Program-made: the position numbers and the translations under genes
Notes under the pieces: generated by a model
Database searches by the model: none
Seen by the model: only the letters and a program-made list of their open reading frames with translations
What the model was told of the DNA's origin: nothing
Shown here: piece after piece, positions 26,840-41,093 of the stretch
How positions within the stretch are numbered: position 1 is the first letter of the stretch
How the letters are laid out: each line of letters opens with the position of its first letter
Source of the DNA: Eledone cirrhosa
Taxonomy: Eukaryota
Length of the DNA: 64,000 nucleotides
Assembly: GCA_964016885.1 (NCBI GenBank)
Contig: OZ024741.1
Span: forward strand, 278,876,001 to 278,940,000
Direction of reading: 5' to 3'

Positions 26840-29800
26840 GAAGGAAAAAAGCGAAGAGGAATGAAAAGCTCATATAACGTTAATTTGAGGGAAATATATT
26901 CGAACAATTATCTATGTATATATGTAAGTATATATTTTAATAGTATTAGTATTTATATTAAAAGGATATTTTACGATTATTAGTTGTTTAAAATTCGTTT
27001 ATAATATAATATGAGTTACGAGGGATGTTTTTTTCCGTTTTAAGTAGATAAAAAAAAAAAATTAAATAAATGGGTATATCATAATATTCATATTTATATG
27101 ATTGAAAAGTGAAGATAAGGAAAAAACTCCGATTTTATTTATTTATTCGTTAGTGTGAGACTATTTACTCAAAATAAGTATGGATGTTTAAGATACATTT
27201 ATCCAGAATCAGTTAGTGGTTATTAATCTATTGAAAAAATATTGAAAAAATATTGAAAAAATTTAAAAAACACTTTTTAAAAATCTTTTGAGAAAATTTA
27301 AAAAAAAAATTTTTTTTAAATAATTTTTTTTTAAGAGATAAGTAATTTTTTAAAGAAATAAAAAAAAAAATTATTAAAATAAAAATATAAAAATTAGAAT
27401 TTTATACGTATATATTATATGAAAATGTTTAAGAAGTGGAGGTACAGCAACTGTTACAGATATTATGATTTAGAGATATCAATATATTAAAACCAAGTAG
27501 ATGAGATTGTCATGGAGATTAATAGGAATATTATAAGTATAATTATAAGTTATATATAGTTCTGAATGTTGAATTCTGGCGATGTCTACAAGAATTAAAT
27601 AAATTCGTTCTTAGATTAATAGAGTTTTTACAGTTAAGTATATAAAAAATTTCCTCAATACACAATTTACAGAATCTCGATAAAGCTGTGTTTCAGTACG
27701 CGGGTGCTTTTGAAACTGTTTCCCAAGCTAATGAATAGTCTATATTCTTGCATTTTAAGTTCCATATCAGGTTTGAAAGAGAACTTGAAGATTTTTTATC
27801 AAATCTTCGGAAAGAAAAATTGTGGTTATTCCAGCGAAGTTTAAATTCTGTAGAAGTGGCACCGACATAGTTAAATATATTTACACTAGTTTTAACTGTG
27901 CATTTATAGACCACGTTTTTATGTAAACACTTATTTTGTAAAGGACAGTTTGATTTAATTCTACAGTTACATTTTGCGGAGTTGTTGTTGCTCGGAACGG
28001 TACTATTAGGTTGGATATTGCTGGAAATATTATTATTGCTATTTTGGTTATTTTGGTTAGGGTTTAAATTTAAGTTTCTATTATTAATTCTATTTCTATT
28101 TTGTGTATTAATTCTATTAATAGTAGAGTAGGATAGTTTTATAGTATGTCTGTTAAAGATTGAGTGGTATCTGTGGGCTTTAGGAAAACATTTATCTAGT
28201 GCTTTAAAGAATAGCTTTGCTAAGGGTGTTTTAATGTTTAATGAGAATGGGGGTGAATACCAAATAATATTTCTAGTTCTCTGTTAGTTTTAGAGTTTAA
28301 GTTAAATTGTTTATTATTATTACAATTAATAGTAGGGTGATTTGCCTTATTATTGTTGTCAATGTATTTAATCTTATAAAGCTTCATTATAATATTCAGC
28401 CTTATTATCAAAAATGTTTTTATTAGTGGAGATGCGTGAAATCCGTTGTTGGACACAATTGAAAATGGTGTTCTTGATAGATCTAGGATGATTAGAGTTA
28501 AAACTTACATAATTTAGATTCTCATTAATTTTATGGAATGGATAGTAGTGCCCTGTGCTAAGGTTTAATGTTACGTCTAAAAGGTTAACGATTTTATAGT
28601 TATTCTCTATTTCTAGCTTAAGGTTGTAGTTATTGAAGAATTGTATTATGGATTTTCTTTTCCTATTAATTTGACAATTACTATGATTTTCAATTAAAAG
28701 CAACGATTTTCAATTAAAAGCAACATATCATCACGATATAAACCACCGGTAATCTCTGGTATTTTTCTATGCAGTGTATTATTAATAAATAACCCCACAA
28801 TATCCGTTATTTGCGCCGAGTCAGATGATCCCATGGTGATATCAAAATTATTTTTTCTATCGGCTCTTGTCCAGAGATGATTGTTGAATTCAATTAAAGT
28901 TTTCGGTGCGGTTAAAATGATATGCATTTCTTCACTAGATAGATCTGTATGTTTAGATGCATAGATAAGAGCTTATTAAGTAAACTAGGAGTAATAGAGT
29001 TGTAGTAGTTTGCAATATCCATTTGAATGAATTTTTTGTTATGTTTAAATTTTATGTTATTGAACCAATCTATAACCTCATTAGTACCGTTCCATAGTTT
29101 TAGATAAGATATTTCTTTAAAATATGTTTATAAGATATTTTTTAAGATATTTAAGATATTTCTGTAAGATATTAAAAAAAAAAAATTTTTTTAAGTATTC
29201 TCAAAAAATTTTTTCAAACATTAAAAAAAATTTTTTTTCAATAGATTAATAACCACTAACTGATTCTGGCTAAATGTATCTTAAACATCCATACTTATTT
29301 TGACTAAATAGTCTCACACTAACGAATAAATAAATAAAATCGGAGTTTTTTCCTTATCTTCACTTTTCAATCATATAAATATGAATATTATTACCGGTGG
29401 ATTAGCAGTATCGGTGGAGGGTCGGACGCCAAGCTTTCCAGCATAGTTACGTCCCTTTACGATACGAGTTCAAATCCCGCCGAGGTTGACTTTGCCTTTC
29501 ATCCTTACGGAGTCGATAAAATAAAGTACCAGTAATGCACTGGGTAATTGCTGGCCTTGTGCCTAAAGTAGAAACAATTATTACTTTTGCCATTCTGAGT
29601 TCAAATCCCGCCGAGGTTAACTTTGCCTTTCATCCTTACGGGGTCGATAAAATAAAGTACCAGTAATGCTCTGGGTAATTGCTGGCCTTGTGCCAAAAGT
29701 AGCAACAATTATTACTTAACTCAGTTAATTTAATTTAATTTTAAATCATTCTCAATTTTAAATAGATATTTATTTTCATAAAATACAAAACCAATATCCC

Positions 29801-30419
29801 TCATAACTCATTAGAACAACTATCTATAACATGATATACCCATTTATTTATTTTTTTTATTTTTATCTACTTAAAACGGAAAAAAACATCCCTCGTAACT
29901 CATATTATATTATAAACGAATTTTAAACAACTAATAATCGTAAAATATCCTTTTAATATAAATACTAATACTATTAAAATATATACTTACATATATACAT
30001 AGATAATTGTTCGAATATATTTCCCTCAAATTAACGTTATATGAGCTTTTCATTCATCTTCGCTTTTTTCCTTCTTCTCTCTCTCACTATTTTGTCCTTC
30101 TTCTCTTCTCTCTTCTCTCTCTCACTATCATATATTATATATATAAACTCTCCATAGTCGTTTAAATAAACGGTTGCTTTTCAATTATTTACATATTCAT
30201 TTGCATATTCACCCATAAGTTTGAAAAATCCATAATACATTTCCACTATCCAGAGAATATCCAACTGATAAGGTATGATTTTCCTGGGTATGTCTCTATT
30301 TATAAAACAAACTTTGTATTTTATCTGAAGAAAGCGTACCAAAGTGCTTTGGTACCCTTGAAATATATATAATAAAATAAATATGGTTTTATAAATATAG
30401 TTTCCATTTATTTAATATC

Positions 30420-30421
<2 letters not shown>
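26365..30421 (-). mobile_element. Penelope-like retroelement (AT-rich, GLYRDD-type RT), 5'-truncated, with inverted pseudo-LTR arm
   Basis: Minus-strand fragments 27560-29120: FIQMDIANYY, FDITMGSSDSAQITDIVGLF, GGLYRDD, SNHPRSI, VVYKCTV..YVGAT. About 26465-27260 is mirrored at about 29225-30421, with SINEs inserted in the right arm. Confidence 0.92.
30317..30379 (+). ncRNA. Type I hammerhead in PLE pseudo-LTR (mirror copy 26506-26568 on - has GCAA for GAAA)
   Basis: tattttat CTGAAGA aag-c-gtaccaaag-tg-ctttggtac-c-ctt GAAA tatata TA ataaaata. 8-bp stem I. Confidence 0.88.
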
Positions 30422-30474
<53 letters not shown>

Positions 30475-30477
<3 letters not shown>

Positions 30478-30712
30478 AGGAGTTGTGGTAAGGAACCAGA
30501 TGGACCATAACACACCAGAGTACTCAATACTTAGGGTAGTAGAGTGGGTAATAGGAGAAAATATGACCCCGACGGCAGAGCTCAAGCCGTTTCGACGGTT
30601 ATTTCTGGTCTAAAGTAAGAGTTTTTTAGTCAAAAAACTCTTACTTTAGTCCAGAAATAGCCGTCGAAACGGCTTGAGCTCTGCCGTCGGGGTCATACTT
30701 TCTCTCTCCTAT
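30475..30712. mobile_element. Truncated fold-back of the U3-A8 pseudo-LTR family (3' half of ribozyme only)
   Basis: 30563-30625 is mirrored at 30632-30697. Similar pieces at 6851-6940, 18513-18665 and 49728-49915. Confidence 0.8.
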
Positions 30713-30760
30713 ACACACACACACACACCCACACCCACACAGACACACACGCACACACAC

Positions 30761-30837
<77 letters not shown>

Positions 30838-30838
30838 C

Positions 30839-30927
<89 letters not shown>

Positions 30928-31583
30928 TATACAGTTTAGGAATAACCAAAGAGTGCTTAGAAATACATTGTTTTATTTGCTAACAGTGTTTCATCCATAC
31001 CCTAGGGTAGGAATCATCGGATCTTATAAACAAAATATATATCAAAAGTTGCAGGCTCCACCGAGCTCTGCCACTAGAACAAAGATAAAGGACAAGTAGG
31101 GGGGTCCCAAGGCCAGCGCTGTATAGAATAACACATAATACATGATACATATAATGTCATAAAAAATTACATTAAAAGTTTATCACATAAATGGTGCAAT
31201 AGATCATAAGGAGGTTGAGAGAGAAGAGCAAGAAATGAATGAGGGTGTTATTCAGCATGATCAAAAAACATAACAAGGCATAGACACATCAATTCACAAG
31301 CAGTGCAAATACAGGATTTACAGGCAGAGTATGAAAGCTTGTAAGCAGGAATCCGTAAAAAGAAAAGTTGGTTAGCTGTGATGCAGCTTTACAGGCAGGA
31401 TTGTTAAAACAATCCTGCCTGTAAAGCTGAACCACCGGCCTTCTAACTTAAAACGTAACTTAAAGCTGGCCTTCTAACTTCAAACGTTATACCTCACTAC
31501 GCAATGCTTCAAGTGAACTACCATTTCCTTCTTATATATATATATATAATTATTTCTATTATCACTGGAATTATATATATATA

Positions 31584-31669
<86 letters not shown>

Positions 31670-33009
31670 TATATATACATATAGTGCAAATTTAGACGGG
31701 AACAAAACAGAGAGGCAGACAAATAAAGGTTTATTAGGTTCACGCTCTTGAGAGTATAATTCAAGTGATAATAGAAATAATTATTTTTAACCATGTAATA
31801 TTGAATGCAGACAGCAAATTGGCATAGTCATTAAAATATCGGATAGTACACTTTATGGTATTTGTTCCCGCTTGTTGCTTTGTAAGTTCAAATCTCACTT
31901 TGATCAGCTTTACTTTTTATCCTCTCCAGGTTGATAAAACAAAGTACCAATCAAGTACGGGGTGGATTCTTTCTTTAGAACACATTCCCACTTCCCTTCT
32001 CTCACTCTCTCAGTTCGATTCGTGTCAGAGTCAACTTTGATGTTGAGCATCGCAGAGTCCATAGAAATATGTATTAGTCAAGTTTGATAAAAAAAAAAGT
32101 GTCAGTCAACTATTTGAGCCTATGTTAGAAAAGCAATATTATTAAAAATATTAATAAATTATCGTTGTCGTCGTTATTGCTGTTCCACGAAAAATATATG
32201 ACATCGAGAATTATTGAATATCTAAAGTATCTTCATGTTTATGCATTAATAAATATCAGGATGTCCAGTCTACTGTTACTAATCCAAATGCAGAGGTAGA
32301 TTTCTCTTATATACATAGGTTATATTCTCACCGACTTTTCTTAACCATTAAATTAATGTTAACAATCCATGTGAATGAATTTAGTGCTTTTCTGCTTTCC
32401 TGTCAGGTTTCTCTCAAGTCCAATGCTACAATGTATATTATGTTTACCTTGCCGAAACAATAATTAATTTCCGTTTACGTGAGGCACAGTAACAGGACAT
32501 TAAACAACGCCTCTTCACGTATTTGTATTCGTAATTTTCCTTTGACACTTTTTCATTTTCCTGTGTCTTGTTTGGTATATACTCTACGTCTTACGATCTT
32601 TCCCTTACTCCGATATACCTTATAGTTGACATCCAGGTTTACATGTAACAGAAGTTGTGACATGTCAATCTTCCATCGTCTTTATCTCCGTTACATCACG
32701 TATCTTGCCTTGTTTCTGTGGCGAAGAGTTTAATCTATGAGGATATCAAAACTTTGCTTAATCCCCGATTAGATTCCTTAATGTTTTTATCTAACACAAC
32801 ACGAATTAAAGGAATTTGTATATTACAAGAATTTTAAATAGACATTCGAAGTTTCGTTTGATTGGGGAAAAACGAGAAAATATTTGGTAGTCTCTAGCGT
32901 TAGAAAGGAGTTATTTCAATACATTTTACTGTTTCTAAAATTACTTAAGGACACACCCGTTAAATTAAGTAGAAAATGTATAATCACAGCTCTTTGGGGG
33001 GTAAATATT

Positions 33010-33142
33010 TTATTATAACACCTGTCTTTGAGACAGATGTAATAATACATTTTATTATCACATCTGTCGTTGGGACAGGTGTAATAATACATTTTATTAT
33101 CACACCTGTCTTTGAGACAGGTGTGATAATACATTTTATTAT
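33010..33142. repeat. Three 42-bp tandem units built of short palindromes
   Basis: cacctgtctttgagacaggtg followed by taataatacattttattat, three times. Confidence 0.8.
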
Positions 33143-33349
33143 TATTTTAAGGGTGGGATAGGTTTTGTTAGAATTTTGAAGGTGAAATTTATATTTTTCC
33201 TGTGGTTTTCGATGTTTTGAACCAATATGGCTTTCAAAACCGTCGTAAATTACTCGTTTTCTGTTGCACCCCCACTCGAGAACTCCATAACATCTGTCTC
33301 AGAGACAGGTATAATAATAATTTCTGACACTGGACCAAGGGACCGGTTA

Positions 33350-33622
33350 AAGTGCATGGCCTCATTATTCCATCACCCATGATACGCAGACACGTGCTGA
33401 GGCTGTCACATCTGGAGAAATATTTCAACTCCGACAATGAACCGGCCTGGACAATTTTCATACGTTTTTCAGTAGTTCGTCTCTTTAGCGGGGCTGCTGT
33501 CCTGGGTTATGCGCAGACAGGGGATGGACTTCTGGCATCTATAATGCTGTCAAATACTCACTGTACGCTACCACATAGCAGTCCGAAAATAACTCTCACT
33601 GTCTATAGAGAGTTAGCGGAAT
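33350..33622 (+). mobile_element. Old Tx1/L1-clade LINE ORF2 fragment
   Basis: GLIIPSPMIRRHVLRLSHL..EPAWTIFIR parallels GLGMPWLMMRRHALRLRHL..DQVWSPFAR of the element at 38205-39809. Confidence 0.65.
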
Positions 33623-35237
33623 GAATGAATGCATGAGGACGAAACCGCCTTGCCTTCTATCGGTCAGTGTTCGTGTATTAAAGTTTGGTGGGTCGTGTCG
33701 AACAGTTGTTATCGTGTATGGGGTGCCTCTGGATGTCAACCAAATCTATAACAAAAATCGAATCACCGTCTTCCCTTGGCACGAAAGGGCGGCAAGTTTT
33801 CTCTGCAAGTGGCTGTGATAAATTAAATTGTGGTGGACACGAGTGTAAACTTTGAGGAGAGGAACTTTCCTTTCCAGCCAAACCCCCAATAACTACTTGA
33901 ATAGGAAAGTGAAGGTGGAGAAGGAATTTCTGCCTTCTAGAGTGTATCATAAAAGTTGGGTGAGAGTGGGAGATTGACGAGACTGATTGGGCCTACTGTG
34001 ACTCTAATTTTGTGGAGAAGGTACTTTCAATGTCTTTGATGATACTGACTAACTCGGCGCTTTGTGAGGGGTTTTCACCCCGAATTACTCTATATGGTCT
34101 TTCTTACTGCTTCGTTTGCATCTTGATGGAAATTTATTTTTCATATTTATTGTTTTTGTTGATTTAAACCGTTTTTCTCGATGTAAGCCCGCATTATGTT
34201 GTAATTCGTTCGTGTATTGTCCACAATTACTTGGGTTCTTGTGGCCAATAAGAGATAATGAACTTTCCCCTCCCCCAAAATTGCTGGCCTTGTGCCTAAA
34301 TCAGAAACCATTATTATTATTACTAAAAAAGGGCGGTGCATTGGCAGTATCGGTAGAGGGTCGGACGCCATGCTTTGACGTATAGAGTTACGGCCCTTGC
34401 CATTCTGAGTTCAAATCCCGCTGAGATTAACTTTGCCTTTCATCCTTACGGGGTTGATAAAATAAAGTACCAGTCATGCACTGGGGTCAATTTAATCGAC
34501 GTCCTCCTCCCCCAAAGTTGCTGGCCTTGTGCCTATATAAGAAACCATTGTTAGTGTTGTTGTTGTCTATAATAATAATTGTTTCTACTTTTGGCACAAG
34601 GCCAGCAATTATCCAGTTCATTACTGGTACTTTATTTTATCGACCCTGTAAGGATGAAAGGTAAAGTTAACCTCGGTGGGATTTGAACTCAGAATGGCAA
34701 GGGCCATAACTCTATGCATGAAAGCATGGCGTCCGACCCTCTACCGATACTGTCAATCCACCAATATTAATGTGCTTGTACTAATGTTGGAGGAAATATC
34801 AAAAATGAGAAAGAAGAGTTTTAATAAGAAGGGAATATATTAACACTGGGTGGAAGGAGGGAGAGAAGGTCATTCATTTACTTAGAGTGAGTCACGTGGT
34901 TGGAAGAAAAAGAGACAGAGAAGAGTTAGACATATAATCAAACACACTCACTCACATATATACGTACATACGTACTAAATACTTACATACATACATGCTT
35001 GCATACATACATGTATGCATAGATACATACATGCATGCATGCATACATACATACATACATACATACATACATACATACATACATACATACATACACACAC
35101 ATACATGCATACATACCTACATACGTGCATACATACATAGATACATGCATGCATACATACATGCATATATGCATGCATACATACACACATACATACATAT
35201 ATACATACATACACACATACATGCATACATACATACA

Positions 35238-36338
35238 TGATGGCTGCTCCCTCGTTATCGAGTATGGCCATTGCACGATATACCATTATTAATAATTATT
35301 AATTAATTCCATCGTGCAATGCCTGTGCGTGAAGATATTTTTCAAAGCGAGGAAAGCATGTGCACTGAGCCAATCCCACTCTCTCAGCGACAGTAGTTAT
35401 AACCCGAAAAGAAGAAAAGATCAACATCATCGGTAACTACTGAGCTGCAGGTTTTATATCGGAGTTATCCCAGTTTCCTGAGTTGCCTTCTAGAAGAATG
35501 CCCTGACAAAGGCTAGGGTCCTTCACTCCCAGTGGTTTAACCGCGCGATCGGGTGTCCAGCCCAACTATTTCTATGTTCCCGTGCATATACATACACATG
35601 CACCCATGTATATACACATATACATATACATACATACATACATACATACATACATACATACATACATGCATACATACACAGACACACACACATACATACA
35701 TACATACATACATACATACATACATACATACATACACAGACACACATACATACATACATGGTGGCTGCCAACTCGTTTTCGAGTACGGCCACTACTTTAT
35801 ATCCATGTAGGAGAACCCCTACCGATGCGCTGAACGAGTGTGACTTTTTAGTCCAGCCAGCGACTTGAAAACTCTGGTACAAACACTACACCTGTGACAA
35901 TTATTGACACATAGTGCTGGGCCCATGGTACCATGTGATGACAAGTGCTGAGAGATCTCCAGATATAAAGCAATGCGTGTGCTGTGAAGCTTTTATAGTG
36001 AGCAAAGGCACTGCACAAAGCCAGTCCCACTCTCTTAACCAAGATGATATTTACCAAAAAGAAGAACAAGTCAACATCATTGGATATCATCAGGGTTGCA
36101 GGTGTGATATCAGAGTTTTCCTTCTCCTAGAATTCTGCCTTGACAAAGGCTAAGGGGTCATCTCTCCCGGTGATTTTGGATAGCCATTGATTCTTAAGAG
36201 CTCCTTTGCCCTTTGACAGGTTTTGTTTTTAGTCCTGCAGGATTTCCAAAGTCACCCTCCTCACCAAGAAACCTTGGTGGGTTTGCCAGTTTAGTCGCCA
36301 ACGACCCGTCCATGAGACAGGTTGTACTGGGATACATG

Positions 36339-36369
<31 letters not shown>

Positions 36370-36410
36370 CATACATGATGGCTGCCCCCTCGTTATCGAG
36401 TATGGCCATT
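35238..36410 (-). mobile_element. Cluster of RTE-type non-autonomous element copies (35238-35582 diverged 3' part; 35760-36342 near-complete; 36376-36412 tail only)
   Basis: Reverse complement of 12331-12944, separated by (CATA)n. A related diverged copy lies at 43500-43780. Confidence 0.85.
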
Positions 36411-36675
36411 GCACGAGAAAAAAAAAATAAAATAAAAAAATTATATATATATTTTTTTTTATCAATCGACTTTCGTCAAATCGGACCGAGGAAACAATGT
36501 TTTCGTCGGTCTTTCCAGTTGCTAATACTATCTATCTGTCGCAACTCAAGGTAGAAGGAGCAACGTGAAATAAAGTTTCTTGCTCAAGGACATAACGCAT
36601 CACCCGGTCCAGGAATCGAACTCATAGCCTCAAGATTGTGAATCCAATTCCCTAACCACTCAACCACACGCCTTC

Positions 36676-36734
<59 letters not shown>

Positions 36735-36750
36735 ATTATATATATATTTA

Positions 36751-36784
<34 letters not shown>

Positions 36785-36787
<3 letters not shown>

Positions 36788-37245
36788 AAAGTTATATTTA
36801 AATTGTTGGGTTACAACGAGTAAATATTTATAACTGATATAAAAGCACTCAACAAGTATTTGGAGTATATTTACGATATTAAATAAATGGAAATTATATT
36901 TATAAAACCATATTTATTTCATTATATATATTTCAGGGATATCATATTAAAAATATGTTATGCCTTCTTCAGACAAAATACAATATAAACAGTCTTATAA
37001 ATAGATAGATTCGACATAAATTTTCAACTTCGACTTGCATTTGAAAAGTTGATTTGGTACCAAATCAACTTTTCAAATGCAAGTCGAAGTTGAGAAGGTA
37101 TGTCGAATCTATCTATTTATAAGACTGTTTATATTGTATTTTGTCTGAAGAAGGCATAACATATTTTTAATATGATATCCCTGAAATATATATAATGAAA
37201 TAAATATGGTTTTATAAATATAATTTCCATTTATTTAATATCGTA
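36785..37245. mobile_element. Fold-back solo pseudo-LTR with two intact mirror-image hammerheads (36915-36980 on -, 37137-37202 on +)
   Basis: Palindrome centred on ggt|acc at 37058/37059. tattttgt CTGAAGA agg...cct GAAA tatata TA atgaaata. Homologous to the end of the PLE at 26365-26600. Confidence 0.88.
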
Positions 37246-37689
37246 TATATATATATATATACGCACACATACATACATATATATATATACATACATATAT
37301 ACATACACACACATATATTAATAACAATAATAATAATAATAATAATAACAACAATAATAATAACGACAACAACAACAATAATGATTTCTTTATTAACCAC
37401 AAGGGTTTACATAAAGTAGACATTAAGGACAGTGCAAGACAATGCAGGACGGTACAAATGGGCATTTCTGCGTGTAAAAAACAAAAACAGAGGATGTAAC
37501 AAAAAATAACAATGAAAAATTCCCCAATAGGGGGGAGACTTCGGAGGGACATTTGTGGAGAAAGCCCAGTAAAAAGCCACAATGACCCTGACCACCAAGG
37601 CAAGTGCCTTCTCCCAGTTTTCCACCTTTAATTTACAGATATATACTCAGAGTAGGCCCATTCACTCGGGCCATTCTTGCTTCTCTCAA

Positions 37690-40600
37690 TCATCTTTCAA
37701 TAAAATGCTGGGAAGAGAGCACTTCCCTCTCTACTCTGATTTTCCTTTTCAAACGAAATTTGAAAAAGTCAATCAGAGCATCACCGAAGAGGTAAGTGCT
37801 CGTCTTCAGCCCTTTCAAACGTGTCCACCATACTATCTCTTTCGTCATGGCCACCAGACAGATAAAAACTGCCTGCCCTTCCCGGCTAAAGGAAGAGGGC
37901 GGGGCAATCCTCACGATGGACTCAGATGATAGCCGGAACCGTCCTACACGCGACAGCAGGTGTTCAACATAAACCCACAAGTCAGCAATTTTAGAACACT
38001 GGACGAGTGCGTGCAGGACGGTTTCGTCGCCCTGCGCGCATCTCGGACATGCCCGGCTGACGGCACCTCCATGCCGGTAGAGTTTATCCCGAACTGGCAA
38101 GGCTCCTCGGTAGCACTGCCAGGCCAGAGATTTCTGGAAGTTGTCCATAGGTCCCGGCCCGAAAGTTCTTCCGAAGAGATTGGCTAGTTGATTTTCGTCG
38201 ACGCCTAGAGTTTCCCAAGTACGTCGTCGCTCTTCCCCTCCACTAATCCTCTATAGAACGCCGAGGTGGAGTTGCCACCGATCACATTGCCCGATTGGTC
38301 GAGGGCTGTGAGCGCCTGAAGACATTCCAGTCTCCAGGCGCTCCCTCTCGGTCTTCGCTTGACCCAGGACTGCAGCTCCGTCAAGGAAACGAGCTGGGGA
38401 AATACGTGTCTAGCAAACGGCGACCACACCTGATCACCGTCGAGGAAGAGGTGGAGATGTCGTAGCCTGAGCGCGTGTCTGCGCATCATCAGCCACGGCA
38501 TTCCCAGCCCTCCACGTAGCGGGTGTTGACAGCAGATGGACAGCAGATGGACCATCGGAATGCGTCCCTTCCACAAAAAGCGAAAGAGAAAACGCTCCAG
38601 CGCAGTCAGGCGGGGCTTAGAACAAGGTACGACGGTCAGGCGGTAGTAGATGACGGATGCGATGTACGCATTCGCCACCTCCGCTCGACCTTTCAGGGAT
38701 AGCTTCCTCTCGGCCCGTTTCTGGGTGAGAGAAGCCACCCTGCTCGTCACCTCGTCCCAGTTTTTGTCCGTCTGGAGGTCTGGACCGAACCAGACCCCTA
38801 GCAATTTAACCGGTCCGTCCGTCCAGCGCCCGACGACGCTGTTGGACAGCATGGACCTGCCTCTCCAGGTGCCGAGCTGCAGGCCTACTGACTTTTCCTG
38901 GTTGATCATTGCTCTTGTCACCGCTTCGTATTCTCTTAGTGTAGTGCCGATCGCCTCGATGTGTTTGGCGTTCGACACCACTACGGTGACATCGTCCGCA
39001 TATGCTGACACGGATCTTCCGCATCCTAGTTCGCGCGGGACGCCCCTCAACGTCTCCAGTTTGTGCAGTAATGGCTCGAGAGTCAATACGTACAAGAGGG
39101 ACGAGAGGGGACATCCTTGGCGGACCGAGTGCATGATGTTGAACGGTTCCGAGAGGTGACCGTTCACTCTCACCACAGAGCAGATGTCGCTGTGCAGGGC
39201 AGCGATCCAGCCTCTGAAGACGGGCCCAAAGCCAGTCGCCCCCAGGACTGCCGCTAGGTAACCATGGTCGACCCTATCGAAAGCTTTCGACTGATCTAAA
39301 TTGATCAAGGACCCACCCGTGTCAGGTTCCCTAGCTACCCTCTCTACGATGTATCGCATGAGGTGGAGGTTGTCGTGGATGGATCTGTCGGGAATGGCGC
39401 ATGTCTGCGCCTCTCCCACCAGACCACCAATGACAAGCGCCAACCTCTTTGCTAGCACCTTGGCCAAAATCTTGAACTCTGTGTTTAGCAGAGTTATGGG
39501 CCGGAAATTATCTATGTTATCCCCCTTGTTCGGATCCTTTCTCAGCAGTGCCACCGCTCCTCGGCTCACAGAACTGGGAATTCTCCCGTTCTGTTGCCAG
39601 TTGCAGTAGACGTCCGCCAAGAGGCCTCCGAACAAGTCTGGCATCTGTACGTAAAGTTCATAGGGCAGACCATCCAAACCAGGCGATTTACCCCTTGTGC
39701 AGCCAGTCATTGCCTCCCTTACTTCAGCGGCTGTTATCGGCTTTTCGCAACACTCCGCCTCAGTGGCCGAGAGCCGCGGCAGTCCGTCGAGGTAGACACT
39801 AAAGTCCATCTCTCAACCCGGCCCACCGCTGCCCCCGAACAGCTGAGCGAAGTGTCGCTGAAAAGCTTCACACATTTGCCCGGGATCGAGTAGCATGCGC
39901 CCGTCGTGGTCCACCAAAGACCGGATCGTGGCTTTGTTGCCACGACGCGCCTCCCTCCGCCACTCGGGCCCATTGAACGGCTTTCGTCCCCTCGTGTCTG
40001 AGAGCACGCACCCTAGCTCTGACAACGCAGCCTTCGTGCTTTGCATTGAAGAATTGGTCAAGGGCCAATTTCGCCGCAAGCACGTCGGTCGCAATGCCTT
40101 TGCTAAGCGCCTCGTCTAATTTTCTAACTAGTTCTCCCTCTGCTCTATTTTTCTCTATTGCTAAAGCCTTACTAAACCTAATCGATTCTATTCTAATCGC
40201 TCTTTTCAGAGCAAACCACCACTTGTTGTTGACGATGGCCCCCGTCAACGCCCGCTTAACTAGTTCGCTAATCCGGTCTCTGTAGGCCTTGCGCGCTGGT
40301 AAGGACACGTTTAGCTTCCAGAAACCGGGTCCTCGTCTATGAAGCCTATCTAAGTCAAGCACACAGATCACGAATTTATGGTCCGTGTAGCTGACTATCT
40401 TGAATTGTGGACAGCCTATGCTAGACCTATCTATTTCCCTACAAAATACTCTATCTAGATATGATCTGAATGACCCGATACGATTTGTCCAAGTCCACAT
40501 TGGCACATTCGGGAAATCCAATCGGTACCTGTCAGACAGTTCAAAACGCCTGAGCAGGTTGGTGAGGCTCTTGCACCCTCCACCCCTATCCGCTAATCCC

Positions 40601-41058
40601 ACACAGTCCCAGCGTGCATCTAAGATCCCGTTCCAGTCGCCCACTAACACTAAAGAGTGGGACGTTCCAAGAAAGGTCTCCAGACGCCGGATGAAATCAG
40701 GCCGCCCTGCTCCTGTCGGGGCATAGACGGCCACTAGCCTGAAAGCTTGCCCGTCTCCGCTGGTCACGTCCAGCACCACCAACTTACCCTCTGGGTCCAG
40801 GAAGATGGCCCGTATGGTGAGATCCAAACCTCTCCGAAAAAGCACAGCAACTCCTCCTCCCGATCCAGGACGGCTGGGAGATGCGTACACATCGTAGCCG
40901 CCGAAGATCGGTGCGAAGACCCGTGCTTCGGAGATTCTGGTCTCGCTGATGGCCACTACATCTATGTTTAGTGACCTGAGGTCGTTGAGCAGGTGACCCT
41001 GCTTCCATGACGACCCCAAGCCACGCGCATTTATGCTGCCTATTCTGAGTGAGGTCAT
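37690..41058 (-). pseudogene. LINE ORF2 (APE endonuclease + reverse transcriptase), three lesions
   Basis: SINARGL, VYAP, GDWN, YLDRVF, TDH; KSPGLDG, RPITLLN, VRQGCPLS, YADD; CPRC..H..C. Frameshift ~39955, in-frame TGA at 39813, frameshift ~38215. Confidence 0.95.
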
Positions 41059-41093
41059 GTTTAAAATAGAGTGGAAAAGATGGGAAAGACCAC

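Noticed and set aside
39813-39815. In-frame TGA in LINE ORF2 as programmed read-through or selenocysteine
   Set aside because: It co-occurs with two frameshifts and no SECIS is evident, so ordinary decay is simpler.
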